The translations under genes and the position numbers were made by a program. Shown piece by piece: positions 24,051-37,191 of a stretch of 64,000 nt of DNA. Origin of the DNA: Octopus sinensis (lineage: Eukaryota); the NCBI RefSeq assembly GCF_006345805.1, contig NC_043005.1, forward strand, positions 98,084,001 to 98,148,000, given 5' to 3'. The number at the start of each line of letters is the position of its first letter. Position 1 is the first letter of the stretch. The notes under the pieces are model-generated. The model was not told the origin of the DNA. It saw only the letters and a list, made by a program, of their open reading frames with translations, and ran no database searches.

Positions 24051-25734
24051 TATGTGAATATGTGGATAGATGAATGTGTGCTGAATTCAGTTGCCCAAAA
24101 GTGAAAATTATGAATTTCTTTCTTAAAATTCATAGAAATTCTCATATATTTTCTTCATGCTACAAATTAGTAAAACCAATACATAACAACGGCAACAACA
24201 ACAACAATATGATATATATCCCTACTTTAAAGTGTGCCATTGGCAATGCCACTGTGACAGAATCACCAATTTCCATCCAAACTACATTAGAATTAATAAA
24301 ATATTTAATATTTTAAATGAGTTCAAATATGCAATATATGAATAATTTTATCTCCAAATCACCTCAGGACGCATAAGTTTGTTAGAATATATTATTCAAA
24401 GGAATATATTCCAAGTATAAATTTCATTTTTAAGTCTCTTGGTCCATTAATATATTTCCTCAGCTTCATTGCATATACATATATATATATACACATAAAA
24501 GCTATATATAATTGAATATATATAATATATATAATCATTGGAGAAAACTTTTCTTAAATTAAAAATTATTTATTAATAAAAAAATCTTAAGAAACAAAAT
24601 GACATCTTTTGGAAGAAAGTTTGCATATTATGTGTTAGTGCTTTCACAATTTACAGTTTTTCAAACACACATGTTATGAAGTAATCAGTATAGAGGAGGT
24701 TGTTTTTAGTTGTGGTATTGATTGTTTTGGATTAAGGTTCGGATTTAGAATTCTTATAAAGTATTCTTCTTCTGCCTTTTCATAGCTGATCAATTTCTTT
24801 TATTTTGAAAAGAGAAAATATTTTGAATTTTTCTATTTGTACAAATGTCTGGATATTCATTACGTGAAACATTTCTACATTATTCGATCTGTAGCTTATG
24901 TACTCTAATCCAATGTGTTAATTTTCATAACATTTGGTCAATATAACTCTCCTTACACTGTCGGTATGTGATGCTGTTAATGAGTATATGGTGGTGAGGG
25001 TGATGGTGGTGGTGGTGATGATGATGATGATGATGAGGATGATGAGGATGAGGAGGATGATGAGGAGGAGGAGGAGATTGACTGAACCAATCTGAGATTT
25101 TAGTCTTGTCTATGGACAGGAAGACTCAGATCAATTGCCTCATTTATTTTTATGTATTTTTGCATTTGTACAAAGTCTTTTTGATAACTGTGTATGTATG
25201 TATGAATGTATGTATGTATGTATGTGAATGAAAGCTTGTGTATATTAATGGGTTTGAGTGTGTGTTGATGGACAAGATAGCTGATGTATTTGGAAAATAT
25301 TATGTCTTCTTAAGAACTGATAGCAACCCTGGAAAAAGTAAATGCTTCTGATTCCTTTTTTATGGCTTTACAAATGGAAGAAAATCAGTTCCAAGATCTA
25401 AGAAGAATCTCCAAGTACGATGAATAAAGGCATGGAGTGAGAAAGAAAAAAAGTCTGATAGATTGCTACTAATCACCACTTTGATTTCAATGAGTGTGCA
25501 AAAAATAGCAGCCAAATATTCTTCAAATCACTAACTACTGTCTTTAAAAAAGGCAGAGCACATTGGGCCTAGATGTACAAAAGAACAAGGTGGTCAAGGA
25601 AGGAACATTCAATGAGAGATCTGCTCAATCGAGGATGACATTATTATTAACATTTGCTCAGGGATGGAAAGGCAGTGCCCATCACCCTTTAAGGGTTTCT
25701 GTGACTGGTAGGGACAAAGGAGGGAATTTTCCTC

Positions 25735-25907
25735 ATAACTGCAGGCATGGTTGTGTGATAATAAGTTTGCTTCCCAATCACATGGTTCTGGGTTCAGTTC
25801 CACTGCATGGCACCTTGGACAAATCTTTTCAACTATAGCCTCGGGCCAACCAAAGCCTTTTGAGTGGATTTGGTTGACAAAAACTGAAAGAAGCCCATTG
25901 TGTGCAT

Positions 25908-25938
<31 letters not shown>

Positions 25939-26110
25939 GAGGTGTGTGCACATGGCTTTCTGTCTGTGTTTGTCCCTAACCACCACACCGTTTGACATCC
26001 CCATAACTTGTGTTTACATCACCATAACTTAGTGGTTCAGCAATAGAGATCGATAGAATAAGTATCAGGCTTAAGAAAAATATACTGGGGTCAAATTATT
26101 TGACTAAAAT
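25735..26110 (+). mobile_element. CORE-like tRNA SINE
   Basis: gcaggcatggttgtgtgataataagtttgc...ggttcagttccactgcatggcaccttggacaa...tatagcctcgggccaacc. Confidence 0.8.
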
Positions 26111-26470
26111 TTATTCAACAAAATCACCATTGGCTCCAACCATGGATTCCAGACGACTTTGGAATTTCCTGCGACTCTCCTTGATGGTCTCCTTGCTTAA
26201 GTTGATGAATGCTGCCATACTCCTTGCCTTCAATTCATCTTTAGTGTTACAAGGAGTTTTGTTGGTCTCTTGCTCAACTGCGCCCCACACATAATAATCA
26301 AAGTGGTTGTAGTCTGGGGAGTTAGGTGGCCAAATGTTAGGGGTGATGTGGTTGCAGAAATTGTCTGACAGCCATGACTTGGTTCTCCTGCTTGTGTGGC
26401 ATGGTGCAGATTCCTGTTGCCAGACAGAGTGTCCTGCAGCCACCCTCTTCACTCAGGGCTGTATTATCCA
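26111..26470 (-). pseudogene. maT/DD37D-like transposase C-terminal fragment
   Basis: WQQESAPCHTS...WPPNSPDYNHFDYYVWG...FQSRLESMVGANGDFVE*. Confidence 0.85.
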
Positions 26471-26494
26471 TTGCACCCTGTATATATATATATA

Positions 26495-26705
26495 AGTTTA
26501 TAAATAAGGATAATATCGATATTTAAATATCGATATTATCAACTGGCCAGTATGGGAATAAATACCATACAAAGGTAATACTTATTCAAAGCTATAAATT
26601 AGGGTATCTGAGAGATACCAGCATGCTGACATAGCGTTTTTAGAGTCGGGGTTTTGACTGCTATTTCGGCATGGTGGTATCTCTCAGATACCCTTATTTA
26701 TATAT
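26495..26705. repeat. Compound palindromic unit (32-bp perfect palindrome + 43-bp-arm hairpin)
   Basis: 26509-26540 gataatatcgatatttaaatatcgatattatc; arms 26593-26635 / 26660-26702. Confidence 0.9.
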
Positions 26706-26721
26706 ATATTATATATATATA

Positions 26722-29700
26722 TATTAGATTAGTGCTTCATCATAGTAAGATTAGATTAGTGCTTCATCATAGTTTAGCAACCATTATATCAGCCTATGCT
26801 CCTCAGTCGGGGCTACCCGATGGACAGAAAGACCGATTCTATGACACTCTACTGCAGACTACCTCATTGGCGAACGACAGAGACCTTATCTTTGTGGCTG
26901 GTGACTTCAATGGTCACGTTGGACGACATGCTGGGGGCTTCCATGGCGTACATGGAGGCTATGGCTATGGCTCCCGCAACGAGGAGGGACCAGGCTGCTG
27001 GAGTTCTGCGATGCAAATAATCTTATGATTTGCAACACTAACTTCAGGAAACCTACCAGCCACCTAGTCACTTACCAATCGGGCCAACATACCAGCCAAA
27101 TTGACTACATCCTTACAAGGCAAAGGGAGAGATGGCTGCTTATAAATGCCAAAACCTTCCCAGGTGAAGAATGTACCCCACAACATAGACTGGTAGTTAG
27201 TGACTTTAGGATCAGGACTAGGAGGACAACCGGAAGACGACAAATATGGAGAAGAAGGATCTGGAAGCTTAAGATCCTGCAAATGGACAGAGATTTAGGG
27301 ACATATTACTTGAAGCCTCTGACGAAGTAGAAGGGGATAGAGCATCACAGGGGGTAGAAGACAGCTGGAAGTTTCTAAGGGACAACCTGCTGAGAGCCAC
27401 TGACCAGATCTGTGGCTGGTGCAAAGTCCCCTCTCGACCTAGAATAACGTGGTGGTGGAACAATATTGTAGACAGGGCTATTAGAGAAAAGAGACAGGCT
27501 TGGAAGGTCTGGAAAATGGGGGTAGCAGGAATTGTATCAGACTGCCAAAAGAGAAGCTAGGAGACAGGTTTATTTAGCCAGAGGGGAAGCAGATAAGAAA
27601 AAGTTTGCCAATGTTCTGCGCCGTGAGGACCAAAGACTGGAGGTGTTTCGTGTTGCAAGACAGTGTTTGAGAGAGAATCGTGATGTGGTAGGAGAGAAGT
27701 GTGTTCGCATGGAAGATGGTTCACTTGCGCTAAATGAGGATGCGAAGAGAGAGGTTTGGAGATGCCACTATGAAAGGTTGCTGAATGAAGAAAATGAATG
27801 GGATAAAGAGAGTCTGCCGAATGTTGACCCAACAGAGGGACCAGCTATCCGAGTTGATAGTTCTGTGGTAGCTAAGGCAATTAGAAGCATGAAGACAGGA
27901 AAAGCCCCAGGCCCATCAGGAATCACTGCAGAGATGCTCAAAATGTCTGGTAGTGTCGGCTATAGCCTAGTCACCCATATAGTTAATCAGGTGATACACA
28001 AAGGGGTCATACCCAATGACTGGTGTAGCAGTATAATAGTCAACTGCTACAAAGGTAAAGGTGATGCCCTAGATACAAATAACTACAGAGGTATCAAGCT
28101 GTTGGACCAGGTGATGAAGGTTACGGAGAGGGTCATAGCCCAACTAATTAGAGAGAGAGTTAGTTTAGATGAGATGCAGTTTGGGTTTGTGCCAGGGAAA
28201 GTACTACTGATGCTATATTCCTGGTAAGGCAGCTGCAGGAGAAATACCTAGCCAAAGATAAGCCCCTGTACCTGGCTTTTGTTGACATGGAGAAAGCCTT
28301 CGACAGGGTCCCCCGATCCCTTATCTGGTGGGCAATGAGAAAACTAGGGATAGATGAATGGTTAGTGAGAGCTGTGCGGGCCATGTATAGGGACGCCGCT
28401 AGTAGGGTGAGGGTTGGAAATGAGTACAGTGAAGAATTCCGGGTAGAGGTAGGGGTCCACCAAGGCTCAGTACTCAGCCCCCTCCTATTTATCATAGTCC
28501 TCCAGGCAATAACGGAGGAATTCAAGACAGGATGCCCTTGGGAGCTCCTCTATGCTGATGACCTTGCTCTAATTGCTGAGTCGCTATCAGAACTGGAGGA
28601 GAAGTTTCAGGTGTGGAAACAAGGATTAGAATCGAAGGACCTCAGAGTCAATCTAGCTAAAACCAAAGTCGTAATCAGTAGGAAGGTAGACAAATCACAA
28701 ACACCTTCAGGTAGATGGCCCTGCTCGATCTGTAGAAAAGGTGTAGGTAGAAACTCTATAAGATGCACCAAGTGTAAGCTATGGACACATAAGAGATGCA
28801 GCAATGTCAAAGGAAGGCTAACTAGGAAGATGGTTTTTGTATGTGGCAGATGCTCAGGAACAATAAACACTGAAAATGCTCTGAGACCAACTTCCGTCAC
28901 TTTCCAGGAGAAAAACTAGAAATAGTTGATAGTTTCCGTTACCTAGGTGACCAAGTCAGCAGCGGGGGTGGGTGTGCTGAAAGTGTAACTGCTAGAGTAA
29001 GAATAGCTTGGGCAAAGTTCAGAGAGCTCTTACCTCTGCTGGTGACAAAAGGCCTCTCGCACAGAGTGAAAGGCAGACTGTATGATGCGTGTGTACGAAC
29101 AGCCATGCTACATGGCAGTGAAACATGGGCCGTGACTGCTGAGGATATGCGTAAGCTCGCTAGAAATGAAGCCAGTATGCTCCGATGGATGTGTAATGCC
29201 GGTACTCACACTCGGCAGAGTGTAAGTACCTTGAGAGAAAAGCTGGACCTAAGAAGCATCAGTTGTGGTGTGCAAGAGAGACGTTTGCGCTGGTATGGTC
29301 ATGTGGCGAGAATGGATGAAGATAGTTGTGTGAAAAAGTGCCACACCCTAGCGGTTGAGGGAACCTGTGGAAGAGGCAGACCCAGGAAAACCTGGGACGA
29401 GGTGGTGAACCACGACCTTCGAACTTTAGGTCTCACTGAGGAAATGACTAGAGACCGAGACCTCTGGAAGTGTGCTGTGCGCGAGAAGACCCGGCAGGAC
29501 AAGTGAGTCCACAACCCGTGGCCTTCTACATGGGATGGAGCCAGCCTACGTATGCATACCTTCCCTTCTTGGGACACAAAACTCTACTTGTGAAGACGTG
29601 TTGAGGCAAGTGAGGATCAGAATCGAAATCGATCAATGGAAATTGCGGATGTGCTACCAGTGCCGGTGGCATGTCGAACTCTGCTTGTGAAGACCCATTG

Positions 29701-30100
29701 AGGCAAGTGAGGATCAGAATCGAAATCGATCAATGGAAATTGCAGATGTGTTACCAGTGCCGGTGGCATGTAAGAGAACTTTCCGTTTCGCGACCGTTGC
29801 CAGCACCGCCCCGTTTCGTGTCCGTTGCCAGCCTCGCCTGGCCCTCGTGCCGGTGGCACATAAAAAGCACCATCCGTTCGTGGCCGTTTGCCAGCTCTGT
29901 CTGGCACCAGTGCGGGTGGCACGTAAAAAGCACCCACTACACTCACGGAGTGGTTGGCGTTAGGAAGGGCATCCAGCCGTAGAAACACTGCCAGATTTGA
30001 CTGGGCCTGATGAAGCCTTCTGGCTTCACAGACCCCAGTAGAACCGTCCAACCCATGCTAGCATGGAAAACGGATGCTAAATGATGATGATGATGATGAT
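26722..30100 (+). mobile_element. RTE-clade LINE, 5'-truncated, APE + RT, few disablements
   Basis: SAYAPQ, AGDFNGHVG, QIDYIL, KAPGPSG, NYRGIKLL, EKAFDRVPR, VHQGSVLSPLLF, YADDL, RLRWYGHV, GRPRKTW; (TGA)n tail. Confidence 0.95.
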
Positions 30101-30149
30101 GATGTATGTATATGTATATATATGTGTGTATATATATATATATATATAA

Positions 30150-30183
<34 letters not shown>

Positions 30184-30270
30184 CTCTATATATTTATATA
30201 TATATATTTTTAAAATTGAGGATAAAATCTTTATAAGAAATTATCAGTAGTTAGCGTGAAAAACCTCGTA

Positions 30271-30301
<31 letters not shown>

Positions 30302-30984
30302 TTATAACATATATAGCTTTGCTCTATAATGACTAAAATGATACACTGTAAGTTCTTGATAGAACAGCATGAACTGATAGTACAGATTCTGACTTCTTTC
30401 AGTCCCTGCTTGTTGTTAAGAAATTCCAAGCACACCAACACGCTGTTAATAAATTACAAATAAACCATAGATTGTCAAACTGACAACAATATGCAGATCA
30501 GCTTAGCCTGGCTGAATCAAGATGTATTTGCTTGTGCTGGCTTTTTTTCCTTAGTTATTATTTGGTATCACATTGACAGTTGAAGTAACTTCACCAAGGA
30601 CTTAAGCTACATTGTCTGTTCAAAAGCCATGCTGTGCCAGCCAGGAATTGTGGTGTGATATTCAAGTTCCATTCCATGGTGTGACAGACTGTTCTTTCTT
30701 TGCATTTTTATATTTGGTTTATTTCTATGCTTAAAAGTTGTCGAGATATTGTTTAACAGCTGGATGCCCTTCGTACCACTAACTCTCACCTGTTTTTCAA
30801 GCGAAGAAGTTTTCATTGCATTCCTCTTTCAAAGCAGAGTGCTGCAGACTGAAGGGAGTGACGACAGACAAAACCAGATGCAGCTCAGGAATCGCAGAAT
30901 GGAAGCATTCACACACACACATACACACATATGCACACATGCACACATGCACACACACACATACACACGCACACACGCACACAC

Positions 30985-31216
30985 AGGTGGCAAGCTGGCA
31001 GAAACGTTAGCACGCCAGGCGAAATGCGTAGCCGTATTTCGTCTGCCGTTACATTCTGAGTTCAAATTCCGCCGAGGTCGACTTTGCCTTTCATCCTTTC
31101 GGGGTCGATAAATTAAGTACCAGTTATGCACTAGGGTCGATGTAATCGACTTAATCCGTCTGTCTGTCCTTGTTTGTCTCCTCTGTGTTTAGCCCCTTGA
31201 GGGTAGTAAAGAAATA
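30985..31216 (+). mobile_element. SINE family A
   Basis: Full-length copy with B-box-like gagttcaaattcc. Confidence 0.9.
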
Positions 31217-31964
31217 TATACATGCACGCACGTGCACACATGCACACACGTGCACACACGCACTAAAGTACACACACACACACATATATATATAGGTGTA
31301 ACTATGCTAAAACTGGGATATACATGGTTAATACAGATGTCAGGTGTGTTGGTTGGGATTAAAACTCCAGTCTTTAATTAGTTGATATTGGATGGCTATC
31401 AAGTATTTCTTAGATTAATTAGTGAAATGATCCAATGCTAAATGAAATATAAATGAATCCAAGGCTTCAATGATTTTCATATACATGGCCAGTACTTAAC
31501 TTTTAATTTCTAGCATTAATGACAGATAAATCTCATCATATGGATGCTAGACACATCTTCTGCTGGAAAGGTAACATTCCAAAATATGGAAACAGCCTGG
31601 TTCCTATTCTCAAAAGCTAATTGAATGAATAAAGTACATTACCATGAAGCACCAATTTAACAAAGCACTAGCAGCAGATTTGAACACATGAGTTGTTAGT
31701 CTAAAATTTTATATGCTTGGTTTATTCACACCACTGGATTTTTGAGTAATTAATTAATTTTTTGTTGCTATTGGTGACTAATAATGTCATTGGCTACAAA
31801 ATTCCAATGGACCAATCATTAGTTCATTGTATTTCCGATAGCAAGAGTGACAACGGTGGGTCTGTGATTCACTGTTGAACAAATATTGCTTTGAACTTCA
31901 TTTGTAAAGCCTCACCTTTTGTGCTTTGCTTATATACGTTAGCCAAAGATACATATATACACAT

Positions 31965-32290
31965 ACTGGTGCCCTGTCAGTTACAATAATGAGGGTTCCA
32001 ATCGATCAATTCAATGGAGCAGCCTCTCGGGAAATCAACATGCAAGTGGCTGAGCACTCGACAGACGCATGTGAAATTAATGTAGTTCTCAGGGAGATTC
32101 AGAGTGACTCAAAGTGTGACAAGGCTGGCCCCTTTGAATCACAGGTACAACGCATTTTCATCAGCTGAATAGACTGGAGCAATATAAAATAAAGTGTATT
32201 GCTCACTGACACAACCCACCACTGGAACTGAACTCATGACCTTATGATCATGAGCTGAATGACCTAACCGTTAAGCCGTGTGTCTTCAGT
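31965..32290 (-). mobile_element. tRNA-derived SINE (homolog of 2890-3215)
   Basis: Shared body aacatgcaagtggctgagcactc...gactggagcaat. Confidence 0.75.
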
Positions 32291-32644
32291 ACATGCACAT
32301 ACATACAAACGGTTACACACACACATATATCATCATCAACATCAGCATCATCATTATCATTTAGTGTCCCTTTTTTTCCATGTATGCAGAGGTTGGTTTG
32401 TTCAACAGAAACCAATGTCTGCTTTGACATGGTTTCTACAGCTGGGTGCCCTTCCTAATGCCAGCCACTTCACACAGTTTATTGGGTGTTTTCCTTGGAA
32501 GTAGGTGAGAGTTGGTGTCAAGAAGAGGATCCAGCCATAGGAAGCCTGCTCCAATGATTTACATCTGACCCATGCAGACATTGAAAAGTGAAAGTTAAAA
32601 TGCTGCTACTGCTGCAGCTGATTGGCTATCTATCTATTTATCTG

Positions 32645-32714
<70 letters not shown>

Positions 32715-32719
32715 CATCT

Positions 32720-33817
32720 ATGGCACCGCGAGTGTCGCGTTGCTCTCAAGCACCTCTGCCGTCCCGAGTCGACCTTGAGTGACTTCAACACAACCAAAGC
32801 ATTCTATAGGGGATTAGTGGAGGGGAGGTACGACGACGAGCTCGGGGCAAACCTGGGCGTCGACGAGGAATACCTGACCCGCCTGTTTCAAATGACTTTC
32901 GGCCCGGACCTATGGACAACTTCCAGAGATCCCTGGCCTGGCGGTGCTACCGAGAAGCGCTACCCGTTCGGGATAAGCTCTATAGGCATGGCTCGAGAAA
33001 CACGGGGCCGACCTGCCCGAGATGCGGGCAGAGCGACGAAACCGCTCTGCACGCAATCGTGCAGTGTCCAGCAATTTCCCACCTGTGGGCTTATGTCGAA
33101 CGACTGCTGTCACGTGTGGGACGTGTCGGTTTATCAGCCGAGTCTATCGTTAATATCGTCACGCCTCCTTCCTTCAAACGGGAAGGAAGAGCTATTTTTA
33201 TCATACTTGTGGCTATGGCGAAAGAATGTATCTGGTGGACGCGTCTGAAAGGTTTAGAGACAAACACTTTCCTCTCTGGTCAATCTCTCATCAACTTCTT
33301 CAAGTATCACTTGAAGAAAAAAGTGAGAGTAGAGAGGCAAGTTTTGTCTAGTGAATGTTTTAAAAAAAGATGGGTGAATGTAGCAAGGATGGCACGTATG
33401 AATGACGAAGCCACCCTGACTATGATTCTATGAACCGTAAAAATAATACAGAGAGTTGCTTATTTGCAAAAAAAAAAAAAAAAAGAAATATAACATGTGA
33501 CTTCATTGACCGAGGTTACCGTGGTCTTTTCCGTAGGCTTTTCTTTCCACGGGTAAACCTCACCTGTCCTCCCCTTTACACTTCATATTGACATTTCTGT
33601 GATAACGATCCCTATTGATCAATTTTTTTCCACTCCCCCTTTTTTTTAACCCCCCCCTTTTTTTTGTCCTCTTTCTCTCCTTTTACGATCCCTTTTGATC
33701 GACCCCCCCTTTTTTATTTTATTTTTTTATTTTTTATTTTTTAAACCTTCAAAAGAAAAGCTCTACCTTGTAATTTGTTCTATCTGTGTGCAGCCCTGTG
33801 TGGCTAATAAAGAAACA
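32720..33817 (+). mobile_element. 5'-truncated Tx1/L1 copy (ORF2 C-terminus + 3' UTR) in (TATC)n
   Basis: Near-identical to 39906-40991; CPRCGQSDETALHAIVQCP zinc-finger motif. Confidence 0.92.
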
Positions 33818-34178
33818 TATCTATCCATCTATCCATCTATCTATCTATCTATCTATCCATCTATCTATCCATCTATCTATCTATCCATCTATCCATCTAT
33901 CTATCTATCCATCTATCTATCCATCCATCTATCTATCCATCTATCTATCTCTATCTTATCTATCTCACAATGGACGGGCGCTAGTCATATCGGCTCCACG
34001 TAAGTTGGCCACTTTTACATGTTTAAAACTCCTTGTTGTCAAATATTTTGTTTTAATCGTTGTGCAAGTTCATTCACTAAAAAACCTGAGAATTATTCAC
34101 GTAGAATTCCGCCCCTGTATGGGCGAAATTACAAAAAAACTTTCAAAACTTTCGTGGGTTTTTTAGCCATTTTTCATT

Positions 34179-35761
34179 TTGAAAATGGCAACTAGAAACC
34201 ACGTGGCTAGCCCGCCAGTCATGCAGAACGGTAGCAAAACACTATTGCTACCACTAGCTGCTAAACATCGCAGCGTGAACACCGCTGTCACCACCATCAC
34301 CACCACCACCAACAACAACAACAACAAATCTAACGTCGCATTCACCATCGCCGCGACCAAAGACATTAACTTAGATTTCCCCTCACTCCCCACACCACTT
34401 GTTGATGATAAAGGGACAGAGAAAGGGATTTCAAAAATGAATACAAACGAAAACATGAATGCCAGCACCACCACCATCACCACCAACAACAACAACAACG
34501 AAATTGGCACAAAGCCGCCTACCAAAGACACACCGCCAACACCAACACCACTACTACGACGTCAAATGCTACATCCAAGCCTTCTGCTGCTAATACCGCC
34601 AACACCAACACCACTACCATGACTTCAATTAACACTGCCACAATTAACACTTCTACTGCCAAATTCAAAACGAATTTTGCGGACGTAACAAAACAAAAAA
34701 GAACAATTGTAACATTCACCACACAAGAGATAAACCGCACAAAGGCACTCTTCTCCAAAGAAGGAGACAAATTGCACCTTCACATTCCACACAACACATC
34801 GTGGAAAACACACAAAAAAAACAATAATTTATAAAGTAATAACAAAAAAACAAGAAGAACAGAAAATGCACCGCAGGAAAAATCGAAAAATGCCTTCGTC
34901 CTGCATGGGACTCCAAGGAATATATCAGTTGGGGAAACAAATTTGGTACAGTCCAAGTACGTTTCCTCAACGAAAGTTTAGCAAAACGTTTTTCCACATT
35001 GGAGCTGCATTCGGACGACTTGGTAATGATACCGGTCTATTTAAACAAAAGGGTCACGAAAGTCCAAATAAAAAACATACCATTTGATGTTGAAACACAA
35101 TGGTTGGTCTCTGCCATCTGCTTTGAAATGTCAGAGACAAACATCCTGGAAATCGCGGTTCTAGGAGAGAAAGACTATGTGGGCAAATCAATCGAATTCC
35201 TGCTTCAATTGGATGAAGCAGCAAGAGAGAAGATACCCACCGCTATAGAACTGCCAGGAGGCTACAAACTCTATATAGTGGTAGAGGGCAGGCGACCATG
35301 CTGCTATTTGTGTGGAAGCGAAACACACTTGAAAAAGACGTGCCCAACCACTGCACACCAAGAGCAACAACCACTACCACAACCAAAGCACTCCGGAAAA
35401 AAAGCTCGGATCTTTTCAATATCGTGGCCAGGACCCCAGATCTTTCTAGTTAACTAAATAATTTGAAACTTCGTGTACTCATAGAGTGGAACTAGTTTAT
35501 TCGCCAGTGGAACTAGTTTATTTGAGAAAAATCTATTTTATGACTTTAATCGTAGATTAAAACTGCGAATTTTAACCAATGAGATTGCTTGTTTTCATAT
35601 GTAAAACGTTACTGCGATCTGTTAGTGTGACGTTGAAAGCAGTTTTGACGTAGTCTGCTCTCTCTTTGTAAGTCTGTCTGCCTCCCCCTCTCTTACTATA
35701 TTACATTTATCTTGCTTGAACTCATTGAAATAAAACGTCCTCCTTTTTTTCTGTCTGTCTG

Positions 35762-35850
<89 letters not shown>

Positions 35851-37160
35851 GTATATATGTATGTTCATATATGTATGGAAATATTTATGAAATAAATAAA
35901 CACACATATTCGTGCGGATGTATTAAATATCTAAAATGTGTGAGCCTTATATAATTAAACTGATGATATATATATATATATACACACATATATATATATA
36001 TGTGTGTGTGTGTGCGTGCGTGTAATGTATGTATAATTATATATATGCGTGTGTGAGCGTGTGTGTGTGTGTGATGAAAGGCAAAATCGACCTCGGCGGA
36101 GATGCCACTTCTTAATAGCAAACGAAAGCGCTTTGTTTACATTTAAGATGTTTAATACGTCACGAAATTGGTGGTCGAGACGGAGTAAATAAAATAAAGC
36201 CGAATGACGGAATATCATTGGTTAAAATTCTAATTATTAAACAACGTTAAACTTAGAAGTTACAATTCCGTTTTCATTCTGGTTTACAATTAAGTTTACT
36301 TTTGACACATTCTACCAGTATACGAAGTTTCAAATTGTTTGGTTCAGTAGGAAAAATTTGAAAAAACTGGCTTCAGAATAGAAAAGATCCAAAAGCTCTA
36401 CTACCCACACCACCATCAACACAGAAGACGACAAGAGAAGCACACCAAGCTAATCCGTCATCAACCAAAAACCACTCAACACCTGAAAAAATACCAACAC
36501 CACCAACAACAGCAAAACCCAAAGGAACAGAAAAACAAAGAAAACACACACAAACTGATCCCCCATCCCTTATACCGCACTCAACACACACAAACACTCA
36601 ACAACCAACAACAACGAAAACAACAACACAACCACTTACACAGACATACATAGAAGCCCACAACATACCCCTACCCCCTTCTGATTCCTCAGAAATTTCG
36701 TCGGAAGACGAAAACAGTGAGGAATGGCAAATAGCTACAAAAAGAAGAAAATAAAGAGCAGAAACACAACCAACCAAATGCAAACACGAACAAAGCAGGG
36801 GGAAATACATCTCCCGAAGACATTTCAAAACCCAACGCAAACAACAGCCACACCAACACCACAAAAACATATACAGCAAACATGCTCACAGCCATAGACA
36901 CCAAAAACACAAATTTGATGGAATACATCCAATCAAAAACAAACATAACAGAAGATGACATAAAAACAAACAATCACCCATACACAACACCACCAGACCA
37001 CATCCAAATATTACACATCTCCAAAAGTCTGCACCACACACTCAAAGGCATTTTCCCCAGTGCGGTTGGTAAATGCCAAAAATATCTCACAAAGAAACTG
37101 TACTGGGATCTTCTCGAGGACAAACCAATGGAGGAGAAAGCAAAAACTTTCGAGCAGTAA
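34179..37160 (+). pseudogene. Tx1 ORF1 (Thr/Pro-rich, CCHC knuckle), frameshifted and MITE-interrupted
   Basis: RPCCYLCGSETHLKKTCP zinc knuckle; pieces 34179-34622, 34619-34834, 34999-35407, 36399-36753, 36882-37160. Confidence 0.75.
35408..36390. mobile_element. 983-bp non-autonomous DNA transposon with 8-bp TSD
   Basis: TSD aaaagctc (35400-35407 / 36391-36398); termini GGATCTTTTC / GAAAAGATCC; imperfect TIRs of ~70 bp. Confidence 0.88.
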
Positions 37161-37191
37161 GTAACCCTCTGTATTCTAATTCATTAGAACT

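Noticed and set aside
26600-26695. CTGAGAGA...GAAATAGCAGTC on the minus strand as an HHR
   Set aside because: Core spacing is wrong and no stem II forms.
30005-30030. CTGATGA-AGCC...GGCTT in the RTE tail
   Set aside because: No GAAA follows, and other tail copies read CTGGTGCA.
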